Below, one piece after another: positions 1 through 19,886 of a DNA stretch of 64,000 nt. The stretch is taken from assembly GCA_051294375.1 (NCBI GenBank), contig CM119268.1, positions 16,707,181-16,771,180 on the forward strand, given 5' to 3'. The stretch comes from Paraspadella gotoi (lineage: Eukaryota > Animalia > Chaetognatha). Below the pieces are notes generated by a model. It made no database searches. It worked only from the letters and a program-made list of their open reading frames with translations, and was not told the DNA's origin. The position numbers were made by a program, and so were the translations under genes. Position 1 is the stretch's first letter. The number at the start of each line of letters is the position of its first letter.

Positions 1-374
1 ATAAAGTCTGAAATTGAGTTCATTCTCTTGAATCTAAAACGGAGTTTTAAACCTTAGCCTTCGAACCTCGAAGAAACCAAGCGACAAGTCGATTCAACCA
101 GCCCGGTTTTGAAAAAAAAAATAATTAGGAAACTGAATTGAATCGAAACGGCGAAAAGAAAAGAGAGACACAGACAGAAAATGAGAGAACTTTTTATCAC
201 GAGAGACTTTTGACTTAAAATCGGGGAATCCATTAGAAAGATGTACAAAAACTCTGATTAGACAAATACAAAAAAAACAACATCGTTTCTTTTTTAACCG
301 TTGACTGAGCGAATTCTTTTTCTTTCGCCGATTTAAAGACGGTCGGACTTTCGGTCGAAACTAACCTCGCCACC

Positions 375-3358
375 ATGGCGCTGACGACAATCCTTCTTTT
401 CGTCCTCTTCCTCATCCTCCTCCTCTTCTTCGTCAAACGCCTCTCGCGGCCGAAATGCACGGTGCCCAAGGGACCGCGGGGTCACTGGTTGCTAGGCAAC
501 ATGCGCGTCCCTTTCGAGCGTCACGCCGCCCTGATGCTGGAGTGGAAACGAGACTACGGGCCGATCTACGTGTACGACTTTGTGCCGACGATGGGGATGG
601 TCGTCATCAACGACGTCGAGATGGCGAAGAAGTTCTTTGCCGATAAAGACTTCGCCGGGAGGGATGTGACGGAGACCGTGTTTAGGAGGTGAAGAAGATT
701 AGATAGATTGAATTGATTGATTTGATTTAATTTATTGATTTGATTGAATTGATTGATTCGATTTAATTATATTGATTGAATTGATTTGTTTGATTGATTT
801 AATTGAATTGATTGAATTGATTTATTGATTTAATTGAATTGATTAATTTGATTGAATTGATTAATTTGATTGAATTTCTTGATTCAATTGATTTAATGGA
901 ATTGATTGAATTGATTGGTTTAATTAATTTGATTGATTTGTTAATTTTATTGAATTGATTGATTTGATTAAATTGATTGATTTGATTGAATTGATTGATA
1001 CGATTGATTTGATTGGTTTTATTGATTTGATTAGTTTGATTGATTTGATTGAATCGATTAAATTATTGTTCCATTGATTTATCGATTGGTTACACGATTT
1101 TGTTAATTTATTTAAATTTTAATGAATTTTTTTTTATTATTACTATAAATTATGGTAATAATCATACAATATTTAAGGTGCCTCAATCCAACCCTGGCCG
1201 GGATCGCTAATCAACCCTGGTCGCAGACGTGGCGGGATCTGCGCAAGTTCGTTATGTCGTCGTTGTCGTCTTTAGGATTCGGCCGATCACGGATGGAAAC
1301 GAAGGTCTTTTTCAAAAAAAAATTATTTGTGTAGTTCTTAGGAAATTATCACACTAATAAGTATGTACATAATGTATCGATGAACGAGTGGAATGAAAAT
1401 AGTGTGATAAGATTGAATCCTGATCGAGAATGATTTGTTTTTGTTTCGAGGCTGCAATGAGGAAATCCTTCGAAATTGTTGTTAAATATACAAAAATTAA
1501 AAGAAAATCGAATAATTTTTGTATTGGTTGTACCAATTTGGTAAAATGAAACACCTCTTCCAGGTCCTGGCCGAGGCGGACGCACTCGTCGACGCCATGC
1601 TCCGGACATCCGGCGAGGCCTTCGACCCGGGCGACTTGCTCCCCATCGCTATCAACAACGTGATCGCCAACGTGGTCTTTAGCTCGCGGACGGAGATCGG
1701 ACAAGCCTCGCGGACCTTCGATTGCGTGAAGACCTTTTCCGAGGGATTCCTCTACCTCTTCACCCAACCGGCTTACTTGTTCTTTCCGTTCTTGACGGAC
1801 GTCTACCGAACGAAGCCCCTTAAGAGGGTGTTGGACATGAAGGGGTTCATGGTGCAGTTCGTCGCCGAGTCCATCGCCTTTCACGAGGCGACCGTCGATC
1901 CGGATGAACCCAGGGATCTCGTCGATGTCATCGTCCTCGAACGAAGGTGAGATGAAAAACAAAACAAAACCAAAACAAAAAAAAACGTTACAAAAAAACA
2001 TGAAAGCGAGAAAGGTTTGCATGTGACTAATAATAGTATATTTTAAGTCGTTGGATATAGCTCTTCTGTCCAACTGCGCCGTATTCCTGCATTGAGTTGA
2101 CACTTTACATCTAAACCCAATGGTCGCAAGTTTAAGCCCTGGTCGGAACGGGCGCTACAATAGAGTGACGGCTACCCTCTCCTCTCGGTCTTTAACAGCG
2201 TCCAAAAATCTATAATCATGCGAATAAAAAATGTACAGGCGGAATCCCGGTGCGGAATTTCTCTCGGACGTCAGTGTGTTGCACACTGTTGTAGATCTTT
2301 TCTTGGGCGGAACGGACACGACCGCCACGATGCTCAAGTGGATCATCGCCTGGTTGCTCAAGTATCCCGAAATCAGGTCATGCCGGGAATTGATTTCTCT
2401 TCTTTTGTTAAGAAACAAAAGCGTTTTTAAAATAAGAACTTTGATCTTTTGTGCTTCCACACGAGGTCAAGCAGTAGATTATACAGCTAACTTCTTTATT
2501 CAATAAAGCACAACTTAAAACCTATCTAAACTGTAAAATTATACCATTCAAACTATTAAAGTGCGTTAATATCCACATTTATTTACGAAAACGATCAGGC
2601 TCAAACTTCTGTCCGAGATCGAGTCGGTCTTCGGCCGAGATGGCGTCCCCAATCTGGCGTCGGTCTCCTCCATGAACTATCTTCAGGCTTTCGTCGACGA
2701 GGCGCTGCGGAAATCGTCGGTGCTGGACTTTTCTGCGCCTCACGCCGCACTCGAGCCTGTCGGACACTTCGCCGGCTACGACATCCCGCGGAACGTCAAC
2801 GTGACGGTCAACATCTACGGGTGTCACCACGATCCGGAGGTGAGAAGCGTTTGAATGTGAAAAAAATTTTACCTATTGTTTTATTATTTTTTTTTTAAAT
2901 TTGACGTTGGAAATAGCTTACCAAAAAGTACTATGCAATTTTTTTTTAACATAGATTTCAATTTCAGTGATTTTACTGTCTAAAATACAAAAGATTGCAT
3001 AAAAAAATCGCAAAGAAACATAAGTAAATAAGGCTTTGTTCATAGCCTCTATGCAATTATTGTAATCATTTAATATTCATAGGTTTGGGACGAACCCAAC
3101 GCGTTTCGACCGGAACGCTTTCTCGACGCCGACGGCAAATATGTCAAGAACGAAAACCTGATGCCTTTCGGCCTTGGAACGCGGCGCTGCGTCGGCGAGA
3201 AGCTGGCGCGGCTGGAGATCTTCCTCTTCACCGTACGGATGCTGCAGCGGGTCGAGCTGCGCCTGGCAGACGGCTGCCAGATGCCCGCCATGGAAGGACG
3301 AAAGCCCTTCACCAGGGCGCCGGAGATTTACCAGGTGGTGGCATGTCCCGCGGGATGA
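375..3358 (+). CDS. Cytochrome P450, probably CYP2 clan; 6 exons (~375-688, 1178-1304, 1564-1946, 2239-2376, 2599-2839, 3083-3358)
   Basis: N-terminal anchor plus PKGPRG proline hinge, C-helix WRDLRKF, I-helix GGTDTT, K-helix EALR, FRPERF, heme motif PFGLGTRRCVGE; GT-AG junctions keep the frame. Confidence 0.95.
700..1100. repeat. Degenerate (ATTG/TTGA)n low-complexity repeat filling CYP intron 1
   Basis: Continuous gattgaattgatt-type units. Confidence 0.85.
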
Positions 3359-3672
3359 GATAAACTTTCTAATGTTCGTTTTATCAATATTTTTTCTATC
3401 GATTTTGGCATTATTGATTTTGATATTGGCATTATTATTATTATTATCATTCAATTTATCTACCTGGATTGTTTAACACTCTTTTACCTTTTTTCAAGTT
3501 GTACATGGTACTAAATAGAAGTAACTACTTTCGCTTGGCTTTGCCTCTACTATCTTGCAACGAAAGATGTAAAGAATTGACTTACTTGTAAAAATATATA
3601 TTTGTAATAAAATATATAAAAAAAGGATTTGTATCACTTGTATTGAAGTACATAACATACAAAATAGAGAGA

Positions 3673-3715
<43 letters not shown>

Positions 3716-4996
3716 ATATGGATGCCATCTCTCGGGAATGTCGCGAGTTGCTGCCTTCTGGCGCCGGAGGTAAAAAGTAGATGGAGAAACCTGAAAGCTT
3801 TTGAGACGAAGAAACAATTGTGTTAACCTCCCTCTCTTCCTTCCTCTTCCTACTCCTCCTTCTCCTCATAGCAACCTTAGCCCCTTATTTTTATTTTTTA
3901 TTTTACATTTTTTCTTCCCCTCTTCCAATTTTCCCATTTCCCCCTTTTTTTCTCCTTCTTCCCTCTTTTATCTTTCTTAGATTTTCATCTACCATCCTCT
4001 CTCAGCTCTCTCCCTCCCACTGAATTACTCTCCCCGTCCGTTCTCGATATTATTCTCTGCTTTTTCGATTGGATGTTTTTTTATAATATCATCTCCTCCT
4101 ACTCTTTGTCCTTCTCCTTTTGCTACTCCTTCAACAATATATTACTCACGAGATGACCACCGCGAGGTAATTTAGTAATTAGTAGTAAACCACTTTTGAA
4201 CTAAGCCTAGCGTTTAATAGGATTAGGAGCAGAAGATTAGTTTGTCCGCTTTTGTTATATGAGTTACGGCGACTTAAATCTGCAAAACGAGTCAGAACTA
4301 TTTCTATTGTTGCACCCCGCAAGGACAATTATTTAGGAACGGCTCTTCAAAATGAATTTATTAAAATTTTCATATCTCAAAATTTATCATGAAACTCGGA
4401 AACGTATTTTTGGAGAAAAATGGGAGAAAGACATGAGCGTCTCTTGTCTGGAAAATCAAAAGTAGGACTTTCCAGGACCAAGCGATATTTTAAAAGTTTC
4501 TGAGCTTCAAAAATATCAGGATATATTCTAATCGGAATAAGATTAGAATCGTTATTGTTGAGATTTCCTTTTTTTTTCAATTTGTTACACTTTTAGATTT
4601 CCGAAGTAGAGAAATCTCCAAATAAAATAACTATCCGATCATCAAAGTAAGATGTCAGATTTTTATCAATAGCGGGAAACTCACCAATAACTAATGATAA
4701 TTTTTAATTTGTCTTTTTGGTAATCCATGATTTAACTATCTTAAAAAACTATCCTCCGGAAATCAGAGGTGTTTTAGGTTGTAATAACGCATTCAATCAC
4801 TCGAAAATGCTTCTTTTGCAAATAAATAGGTAGTTAAAAGTTAAAAAAAATGTGGATAGTAGAAAGGTTAAATACCGAGATCGTAGGAATGATGAAGATG
4901 AAGCGGCTTACCTCGGACTCGATCCGCCGACTCAAAGGTCTTCCCGATATTACTCACGGATTTTCGCGGCGAAATTGAGTTTCGCTCGCGCCGAAC

Positions 4997-10436
<5,440 letters not shown>

Positions 10437-12125
10437 CTTTCCGGTTTCAGATGTTCACAGATGGTCTGTTGAAACAAAACGGTTTACAAATGGGACAGTA
10501 GGACACTGGATGTTTGAAATTATAAAACCGGGAGGGCCTTAAGAATACTCGTATCTATGTAGGTTCTTTGAGATGATTAATGAATTCTTCCGTCATGAAA
10601 AATGATGTTCACTGGGCCACGTAATTATATCCATATATGAGGGGACGTTAACTCATAAAGCCATCGCATCGGATAATTTCATCATTATTTACACGAACCT
10701 TTAGAAAATAAAAAAAAAAATTACGGCAAGAAATACTTATTTCTAGTACAAATACGAGAACTATCCCATATTCCTTTAACCGTTACATAAGCTCAGTCGA
10801 ACTGAAAATCTCTGAAAATTTAAAACCAAATAATTCGTTTCTCAGAATCTTTTTTATCTTTCTTTGAGAAAGCGATCAATTAAGGGAGTTAAGGGAGTGA
10901 AAGCAGAGGGAGCTGGGAGAGGATAAGATAAGGAAAAAGAGGAAAGGGTGAAAGGGAGAAAAGAAGTGAGTGATTGGGGAAAAGGGGGGGAAGAGAGTCG
11001 AAGGCAGGAATCTGTGCTTGCTCGAGGAAGCTATCGTTGGCAGCGAACGAATTCACATTGGGAGAGAAGCAAAGCGGGATGATCGAAGGAATGAGTGAAA
11101 ACGTTTCGGGCTGAACGAGAGATTTAAAATCGAGAATGGATTTTTTTTTTTTAAAGGGAATAGGAGGGCGAGGGTTCTACAAAAATTCTCGAAGAGGAAA
11201 TTTGTGAGATGGTGTAGATATTTGCGCAAGAAAATCAGAAAATCTTTGATGAGGCTGAAGATCGGCGGATTGGCGCCATCTGGATTAAAAACCGAAGCGA
11301 ATCGGCGAGGGGATTCGAATGATGTGGAAGGGGGAGGTTGGGGAGGGTTGTTTATCCGCCGGCTTCGGTGGTTTCCAAGGAAACTCATTTCATCTTCATC
11401 AGTCGATATCAGAAAGAGAAGGGGGTAGGTTCGGTTGGTTAACGGCCACTAACGCGTTAGTTTTTAAGTTGGAGATAAAAAAAAAAACGAAAAAAAACCC
11501 CCGAAACTAAAAGGGCTGCCTGAGAGATAGACAGGAAACCATAGAAACAGAGAGACTGACAAGCAGACAGACAGACCGCGGTCACAGCTGAAATGGAAAG
11601 TCATTCGCGACGATCGCGACGAAACAAAATGAAAACAGATCTTTGAAAAAACGATGAAAGCGGAAAAACAAAGCGCAAAACGGAGGATCGTTCGCTCGTT
11701 GCTAGGCTGAGCCTAAGGCTTCATTATTCCTTCACCGAGAAACAAAGCCGATTAAAATAAATGAGTTAGTAAATTAAAGGTTGTATAGGCGTCGTCGCGC
11801 TATGAGATATGCGAATCACTTATGACGGAAGCCACAGTTATATCGTTCCTAAAACTGTCACTTCATTATCAAGGAATACTAACAGTTGTTGAGCGGAGTT
11901 TTTTGTGGTTTTTTTTAACAAGAGAAGATAAAATGTCTTTGATATTTATAAAGAATAAAATAATTCTAGAAAAAAGCAAAACTTAGGTTCAGCTTCGACA
12001 ACAAAAAAAAACCGAGGACAGCATCGTCTTCCTTCTCTTTCTCCGCTAATTCATAAATTCATGAGTTGGAGGAAGAATTCCGTCGCGGCTTTTGAAAGGG
12101 AATTCCGACGTTTAGTTGGTAATGA

Positions 12126-12196
<71 letters not shown>

Positions 12197-13007
12197 GGAG
12201 AGAGGGAGAGAGAGGGACTCGGGAAGAATTAACCTCTACAACAGTTACGAGTGTATTAGTTCGTAGTAAAGATCGTTCCCCTCTGTACTTAATAAATCAA
12301 ACAAAAACAATTAAATATTGTCGCGTTTACATCATAAAGCATATATTCCCTTCAGATCAATAAAACAACCAACGCGGTTCAAATCGACTCGCTCAGTTTT
12401 CCGCGATCCAACTCGGTCTCTATTCAGCCTTCCATTCGCGATTTCCCAACCTCGAGATCCAAGATGGGAGGATTAGCTTTTCGTTGATAATCTTCATTTC
12501 GATCGAGATCGTCTGCTGTTGCCGCATCTTGCTTCGTTTTGCTTCTTTTTTTTTATTTCTTTTTTATTTGCTATCTTTTTCCTTTTTTTTCATTTTATTT
12601 TTTTGTTTTACTTTTCTCGCCTTTCGGATTTCCTCATCTCAAAGGCTTCCATCTTTATCCCCCATCTCTTTCCCCGATCCTTCCCCATCTCTTTCTCCGA
12701 TACTTTTCCATCTCTTTCCTGACGTCACTGCCCCCTTTCTCTTACGCACCGCACACGTCTCCAAAATCGCCCACTCTGCTCCACACGCAGGTCTTAAACG
12801 ACCTTTATCCTTTTCTTCCAGAATGTTGTTGAGCAACATGAGTAAAATCTGAATTTAACATTCACAGAAGGAAATAAAACAGCTCATGGAGATCTGATAA
12901 AATATATATCAATGACTTAACTGAAGATCTCTTAGACATGACAACCGAATTAAGGGAAGCTGAAAAACTTACGTTTTTCAAAGTTTTTAACGCCATAAGA
13001 GCGTTTT

Positions 13008-13012
13008 CATCG

Positions 13013-13070
<58 letters not shown>
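13008..13070. repeat. (ATC)n microsatellite
   Basis: Direct reading. Confidence 0.95.
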
Positions 13071-13567
13071 AAGATTCCTTCTTTCTCCTACAGGGCGTAA
13101 CTGCCAGTTGCGGGCGAGTTAACGCCCAATTTCATCGCGGTTCACATTTATATGATACTCATATCGTCATCTGACAAGATCCGTATTTTTCCATTCAATT
13201 TAGATACATCATTTCTTACACAGAGTTCGGATTCATCTCCCCATTCCCACTCCAGCCAACCCCTTTCCACAACCGCCTACGCAGAGGACTCGTCTGGCAT
13301 CACAACATTGGAAATTCGACTCACACGATCCAAACTCGAATTCTCGAATTTTAGCTTTAAAAATATAAGAAATAAAAAAAGTAAAGAAATGATTAGGGGA
13401 AGAAAATCGCTCTCCCGAGGAAAGAGAGGGAAGAGAAGGGGAATAATAAATTTTCTTAATGGCCTTCGTGAGTTTTGCAATTCATGTCCGAACGTTTGGA
13501 AGGAAAAATAAACAAACGCGCGGCGAGAGGGCGCTTGATTAGAGAGAATTAGAGAAAAAGAAATAGA

Positions 13568-13703
<136 letters not shown>

Positions 13704-13920
13704 TTAAAAGTTAATGAAGTGTTTCGCTGCCGACTTGAGAGAAAAATATTGACTTTAGAACGTAATGATGTAGTTTAAAAATTAAAAAGTAATAAAAAAA
13801 TTAATGTACACTTTTTAGCTCTTAGCTATTTTCTAAAAAAATAAATTTGAGGAATAAGGATAGAAAAGATTTGTTTATGTATAAAATATATTTGTTTAGA
13901 AAAAGAAGTGGACGAACTTA

Positions 13921-14770
13921 CCAGATTTTGAGTTTTTAGCTTGTGTCGGTATTTGTGTCAACGCTTGATCTGAAATGAAGGAAGTCAAACTTAAAATAAA
14001 TCAGATCTAAACCAATAACAAAAATCATTTCTCCTCAAAATTATTTATACATAAAGTATCAATTTTGAATACTTTGTTTTGAAAAAAAGTGAAAACGAAG
14101 GGAGAGTCTAGAATTAACTGGGAGGCATTCGCGGGCTCAGCTCTTAATATAAAATAAAGAATAAGTAAGACTGACGTTTGAAAGAAATAAAAAAAGGTAT
14201 GAAAAAATGCAAACGTGAAATAAAATCTATATGAGCTTCAAAAATTTTGTAGTGATAGTCTCTCACGCCAATAGGTAAAACATACCATTTAATTTATAGT
14301 TATATTTAATTACGAGTTCCGTGGAAACTATGAGTGCAATCGGAAGTGTTTGTTACGCAGCCTTTAAAAAACTATCAAGCTCATTGTTTCCGGTGCTAGT
14401 ACAATGAACTATTTTATTCAGGATTGAATTTATCAATTTATTTGTAACTGATCAAAGCAAATGGTTTTTATTTACACTATTTTTTCTCTCTCTATATATT
14501 TTTTTAGTGAATTTTCAGTTCCCAAAAATTAAATTAAAAAATTTAAATAACCATTGAATTTATTACTAACAATAAACAACATTATTTGTTCGATGTTACC
14601 TTAGCCTTTTTTTTCGTACGGAATCTTTTGTTTTTCTTCCTTTGATTTTTTTTCCCGCGACGACGATGGCGCTGACGTCGCTGCGTAGACGACCGACTCG
14701 AGGATTTTTGTTGTGGCGACGAAGAAAAACGCGAAACTCGAGATTCGAACGTCCGACCTTCACTTTTATA
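13921..14770 (-). promoter_or_regulatory. Probable myosin promoter and non-coding 5' exons: TATAAAA at 14770-14764, first exon to a donor at ~14600, second exon ~13969-13922
   Basis: Minus-strand TATA box, then AAG|GTAAC donor; tttcag|...ctg|gtaagt exon; acceptor at ~10466 precedes the ATG exon. Confidence 0.55.
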
Positions 14771-15810
14771 CTCGGGCGAGGAACCCCCTCCTTTGACGGA
14801 GGGAGAAGCGGAGGCGAGTTGAGTCGGGGGAGGTGGTAAGGTGCAATGGGGGTCGGGTGTGTTCAGTAAGACGAGGCGCGTTCCGGTCCGAAACCTGGAG
14901 GCCACTGCGGCGAACGAACGCGTGGAGTCAGACGAAGGCTTTTTTTCATTTATCTATCGATCCTGTTTACTCAATCTGTTGAACAATAGGCCTGGACGGA
15001 CGGAAATACATACTGACAATGAATGTGGCGAAACGTCTTTATAGAAATGTTAAAAATTAAACATTCAACATTGCCGGAAAGAAAACGAAATTTTTGTTTC
15101 TACAACGATTTGTTTTTTTATTTAGGACATTTTTTTTTTCGTTTTCTTTCCGCTAATAAATTCACACAACGAAACGAAATGAAACTATAACTTTCAACAT
15201 TTAATGTTTACCGGATCGTGTAATTTTTATTAAGTTCCTCGCTCGTCTGGATGCGAGGTGTTGAGAGGTATGAAGGAATTGGCTCATCTCCTGGCGAGAT
15301 GGTGCGAGAGATAAGATTAAATTGGGTGAATATAGGAAAAACACGGGGAATGGGGAAATTATACGTGGAAAGCAGATTTTAACGTATATAAAATAGAGGG
15401 TGAAAATGCGGAACTTTGTAAGAATTTATACTAAAGGAAAAATTGATATATAGAGAAAATAATAATAATAATCCTCTCCCGCCTGAATTTCTTTTGCATC
15501 CCCGTTGCTATCATTCGAAAGATCAAAAGAGAGAAAATGGAAATGGGGAATTTATCGTGTATATCGATTGCAGGATTCGGTTATGAAGAATTTGAACCAG
15601 AAATCTGGAAGGAATAAATTCGACGAAGAGCGAGTTTTAAATTGTTTAGCTGTACCGATTCGTCGCTAGAAATTCAAATTACCAAATCTTCCTGCTTCTC
15701 TAGTTTTGGGATTGTTTCGTTTAATGTTTTACTGATTGTTTCTTTTATCTAAAGTAATTATACATATCAGGTCCTGCTCAAAAGCTCATTGCTCTGGTTT
15801 GTTTGAAACG

Positions 15811-15961
<151 letters not shown>

Positions 15962-17311
15962 AAAAAAATACTATCTCTTTTTTTTAAAAAAAAATGAGTT
16001 GGCGTCTTCAAGTTAATAAGGTGGAGAAAATGGGATGATCCATCTGATTAAAACAGAAATAACCAAAAAAGTTAGAATATAAAAACTCAACAGTAGCGAC
16101 GACGACGACTATCTTTCGTAATCCGATGGGACGAAAAAAATGAACAGGAAACCAATGATTCACTAAATGTTATTCGACCTGTTTCAGCGCCATAATTGGT
16201 AACCTGCGGCTCTGAACTGTTGGACCAATTAGTGGCATCTATTAAATTTAATAAAAAGAGAGAGAGAGAGAGCGAGGGAAGGAAAAGAGATGATATTTTT
16301 TAAAGTAGTTATTAAAAGTCATTTTAAATGTCTGCTTTTCTAATAAGACGAATCTTGCCCATGTGTCCTGAAAACAAACTACGTTTTTAAAAAAAAACAA
16401 ACTATTCTTTAACATTCAACTTTTTGCTTTAAATCTCGACAAGTGGAAAAAATATATCGCGAAGCGGGAGTCAAACTCTTCATTAACTTCATCCGCAAAC
16501 CAGTTTTTTTTTTTTTTTCGATCCAACTTTTTGGTTGCCATGGCGACAATTACGTCAATCACCGCATTGTTCGTTTTTTGCTTTATTTTCTGATGCAGGA
16601 CTAATTAGTAAACACGATAGGGTCGGGGGATGGGACTTTCCCGAGAATTTCCTTAGCAATTTCTAATTGCAACCTCAACCTTTGAAGAATGTCTTATGAG
16701 CTCTTGTACAAAAATATAAATTGGCTATGAATAATGAATGGTAATGGTAATGAATGGTAATGAATAAATGAATGAAGGTATGAATCAATATAAACGAACT
16801 TTCGAATGAATAAATGCACGAATGATCGAATGAATAATATAGATTAAAGAAATAATTACTGCATGGAATGAGTGAATGAATGAATTGTGGACAAATTCAT
16901 ATTAATATTGTCCCGACAAATGGATCATTCCTTCTCAGTTTCATATTTCAGAAACTCTTTGACCTGCAATTGTTGACTGTCTTTAACTGGTGAATCTAAC
17001 TGAACCGCCGACTGCGTAAAAGTAATGAAAAAAATAGGTTACAAAAGTTTTTACTTTTTCTTCAGTGCAGCGGAAAAAGTAGCCGCAAGTCACGCAAGTA
17101 TGTTTAAAGTAGATACACAGGATGCCCCTTTTTGACAATTGAGCGAATCAGCGTTCGCCGCGCTCGGAACCCCTTCGTCGATGCGACCAATCAGAGATCT
17201 GAAACACCCTCAATGCAAAATGTCACGACGGCGACTTTCAAAATCTTTAACCAGTCCAACTGGTTTCTACAGGAAAACCAGTTAACGAATACGGTGTGTG
17301 CTTTAAGTGTG

Positions 17312-17421
<110 letters not shown>

Positions 17422-17999
17422 AAAAGAAATTCGAAGATCTTTTTTATTTCGATTTGATCGTTAACCACCGTGGACTTCCTTCTTTCGTCCTTTATTTGAG
17501 TTCTCCCTCCTCTTTATATATAAAAAAAAATTTAAAAAATCCAAATTTAAGAATCCAAACACAACAAGTATACAAAGGAAATTAATTGTATTGGGAGACA
17601 TTCTACATAACAGGAACAACACGAATTTATACTTACAAGTTACTATTAACTTCCAGGAAATACAGCGCAGCCCGCGCCAACTGCGCCTCCTAATACTAAA
17701 GGCCAACGCGTGTCGAGACACGTTTGAACTTTTCCCAAGAAATTCTTATCGGTACGCTGACGCTTACCTAACAATTTATCACTAAATATGTTGAATTTAA
17801 GCTTCATCCGAGATTTGTTAAATAAATAAATATAGTATTTACGGTAGACAGGCATATTGAAATTCTTAATAAGTGCGACTTAATTATCGTTGATAAACCA
17901 TCATTTTTATGATATTTTCTATACGACTTAAATTTTCGTAAAAAAAAAAAAAAAAAGGAAATCCATATCGCGAAGAGGCACGACCGGCGACCAGCGACC

Positions 18000-19886
18000 A
18001 TGGGGTGTGGCTACGCCAAGCTGACGCAAGAGGAAATACAGGATATCTGCAAGAAGACGGACTACAAACTGTCGGAGAAAGAGATCAAGGAATGGCACAA
18101 GGGCTTCATGAACGACAACCCTGAGGGCTGGCTCGGGCCCGACGAGTTCAAGAAGATCTATACCAATTTCTTTCCCTTCGGCGACTGTCAGGACTTTGCG
18201 ATGCAGGTGAGGACCTTGGGCGGGAAAAGGTGAGGGAAGGAGGAAGTGATTGAAAAGGAGGGAGGAAAGTGAAGAAAGGATTAAAAGAAAAAGAAGAAAG
18301 GAAAGGTAATAATCTGGAATAAAGGAGGGAGAAAATGTAATCACAAATTTTTTTTTAGATTTCATTTTTTTAAATGTGATGAAATATTTTTTTTTTTTCA
18401 AATTAGAAAGTTTGAAATTAATTTTCAACAACGGTTTTATTTCAATAAAAAACGGACATTATTTCAAACTCTTCTAATTATTACACAACGAAAAGAAAGG
18501 ATTATACCACAATGTCTAAATCAGAAAGTAAAATAGAACCAAGTGATTCGTACCATTATCTCTTGCCCCTTATTCCCGCTCTCTCAAAAAGGTTTTCCGG
18601 AGTTTCGACAAGGACAACAACAACCAAATGGACTTCGTAGAATTTCTGACGGCGTTGAGCATCACGTCTCGGGGCGGCATGGAGTCCAAGCTCATGTGGG
18701 CCTTCGACATGTACGACAAGGACGGAAACGGGGACATCGACAAGGATGTGAGACATTTTCGTTTCTCAGTTTTGAGTCTTAAGATTTTGAAATATTTAAT
18801 TTATACAATTGTACTCAATTGAGTTTTATTTTTTATTATCCAAATCTAATAATAATATTATTATTGGGAGGGTTAACTAGTGTTGTTTTTTGAAAACACG
18901 TGGAGGGAGCATCAATAAATTCGAGTTTAGATTACTTTCGGCTTTAGTTTTTCAAATATTTAAATCTTTCCTGTTAGAACCTGAAAATATCTAAAAGGCT
19001 AATAAATATATGATTTTTTTTCTCGCAAAAAAATTTTTGTAAGACAGGCGGTCAAACTATCATATTTAAAAAATAAGATCTATTAATAATGATTATGTAC
19101 GATGAAGTTACTTTCTCAGGGAGGCTTCTTTTGACCAATTTTTTCGTCATTTGCCGCCCTCAGCTTGTCACTTACCCTAGGAGACTAAATTATCAGATTA
19201 AGCCACACCTTCGAGAGTATTAGGTTTATATGTTTAGGTTTCTACTACTAGGTAACTCCCACAGCGCTTATTAAACTTAATATTGACTATTTTAATTTTG
19301 TATTGTTCTCGTAGCTATTTTTTTTTACCGAGGTTGTTAAGAAATTACGTTTTCTTGTTTTATTTTTCTTGTTTGTCGAAATTTCCCCCAACTCCGCCCT
19401 TTTGCGATTAGACAGGATATTCTCTTCGACTTTTCCACCTTGTATCGCGGCCACTCCTAAGCAGAATTCAACTTTTTCCTGTCAAATCCGTTGACTAAAG
19501 ATTTGTATAGAATTTACCAATAACGTTTCTAAGGAGAAATGTTTATGTAGCCTGCTTGAGTTGATTCTAATTTCATATATTAAAAAAAAACTCGTTTTCG
19601 CCCAGGAAATGGTGGAGATTTTGAGCGCCATCTTGAAGATGATCCGACCGCGGATGTGCCAAGGGGCCGCGGACGAGGATCCAGGCGAACTGACCGAAAA
19701 GATATTCGCGTAAATAGTATAATTTATATTTTCAATTACATTTTTATATTTTCTCACTTCGAATAACATTCTCTTTTCTACAGGGAAATGGACACGGACG
19801 GAAACGGATCCCTCAGCAAAGAAGAGTTCATTGAAGGAGCTAAGAGGAACCCGAGCCTCTTGAAACTCATGACCCTAACACATTAA
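18000..19886 (+). CDS. Neuronal calcium sensor (recoverin/neurocalcin/NCS family); exons 18000-18206, 18592-18747, 19606-19709, 19784-19886
   Basis: N-terminal [19 protein letters not shown]-hands [46 protein letters not shown]; ~190 aa. Confidence 0.93.

Noticed and set aside
2040-2210. tRNA T-arm-like ggtcgcaagtttaagccctg in CYP intron 3
   Set aside because: No cloverleaf or clear A-box; at most a decayed SINE fragment
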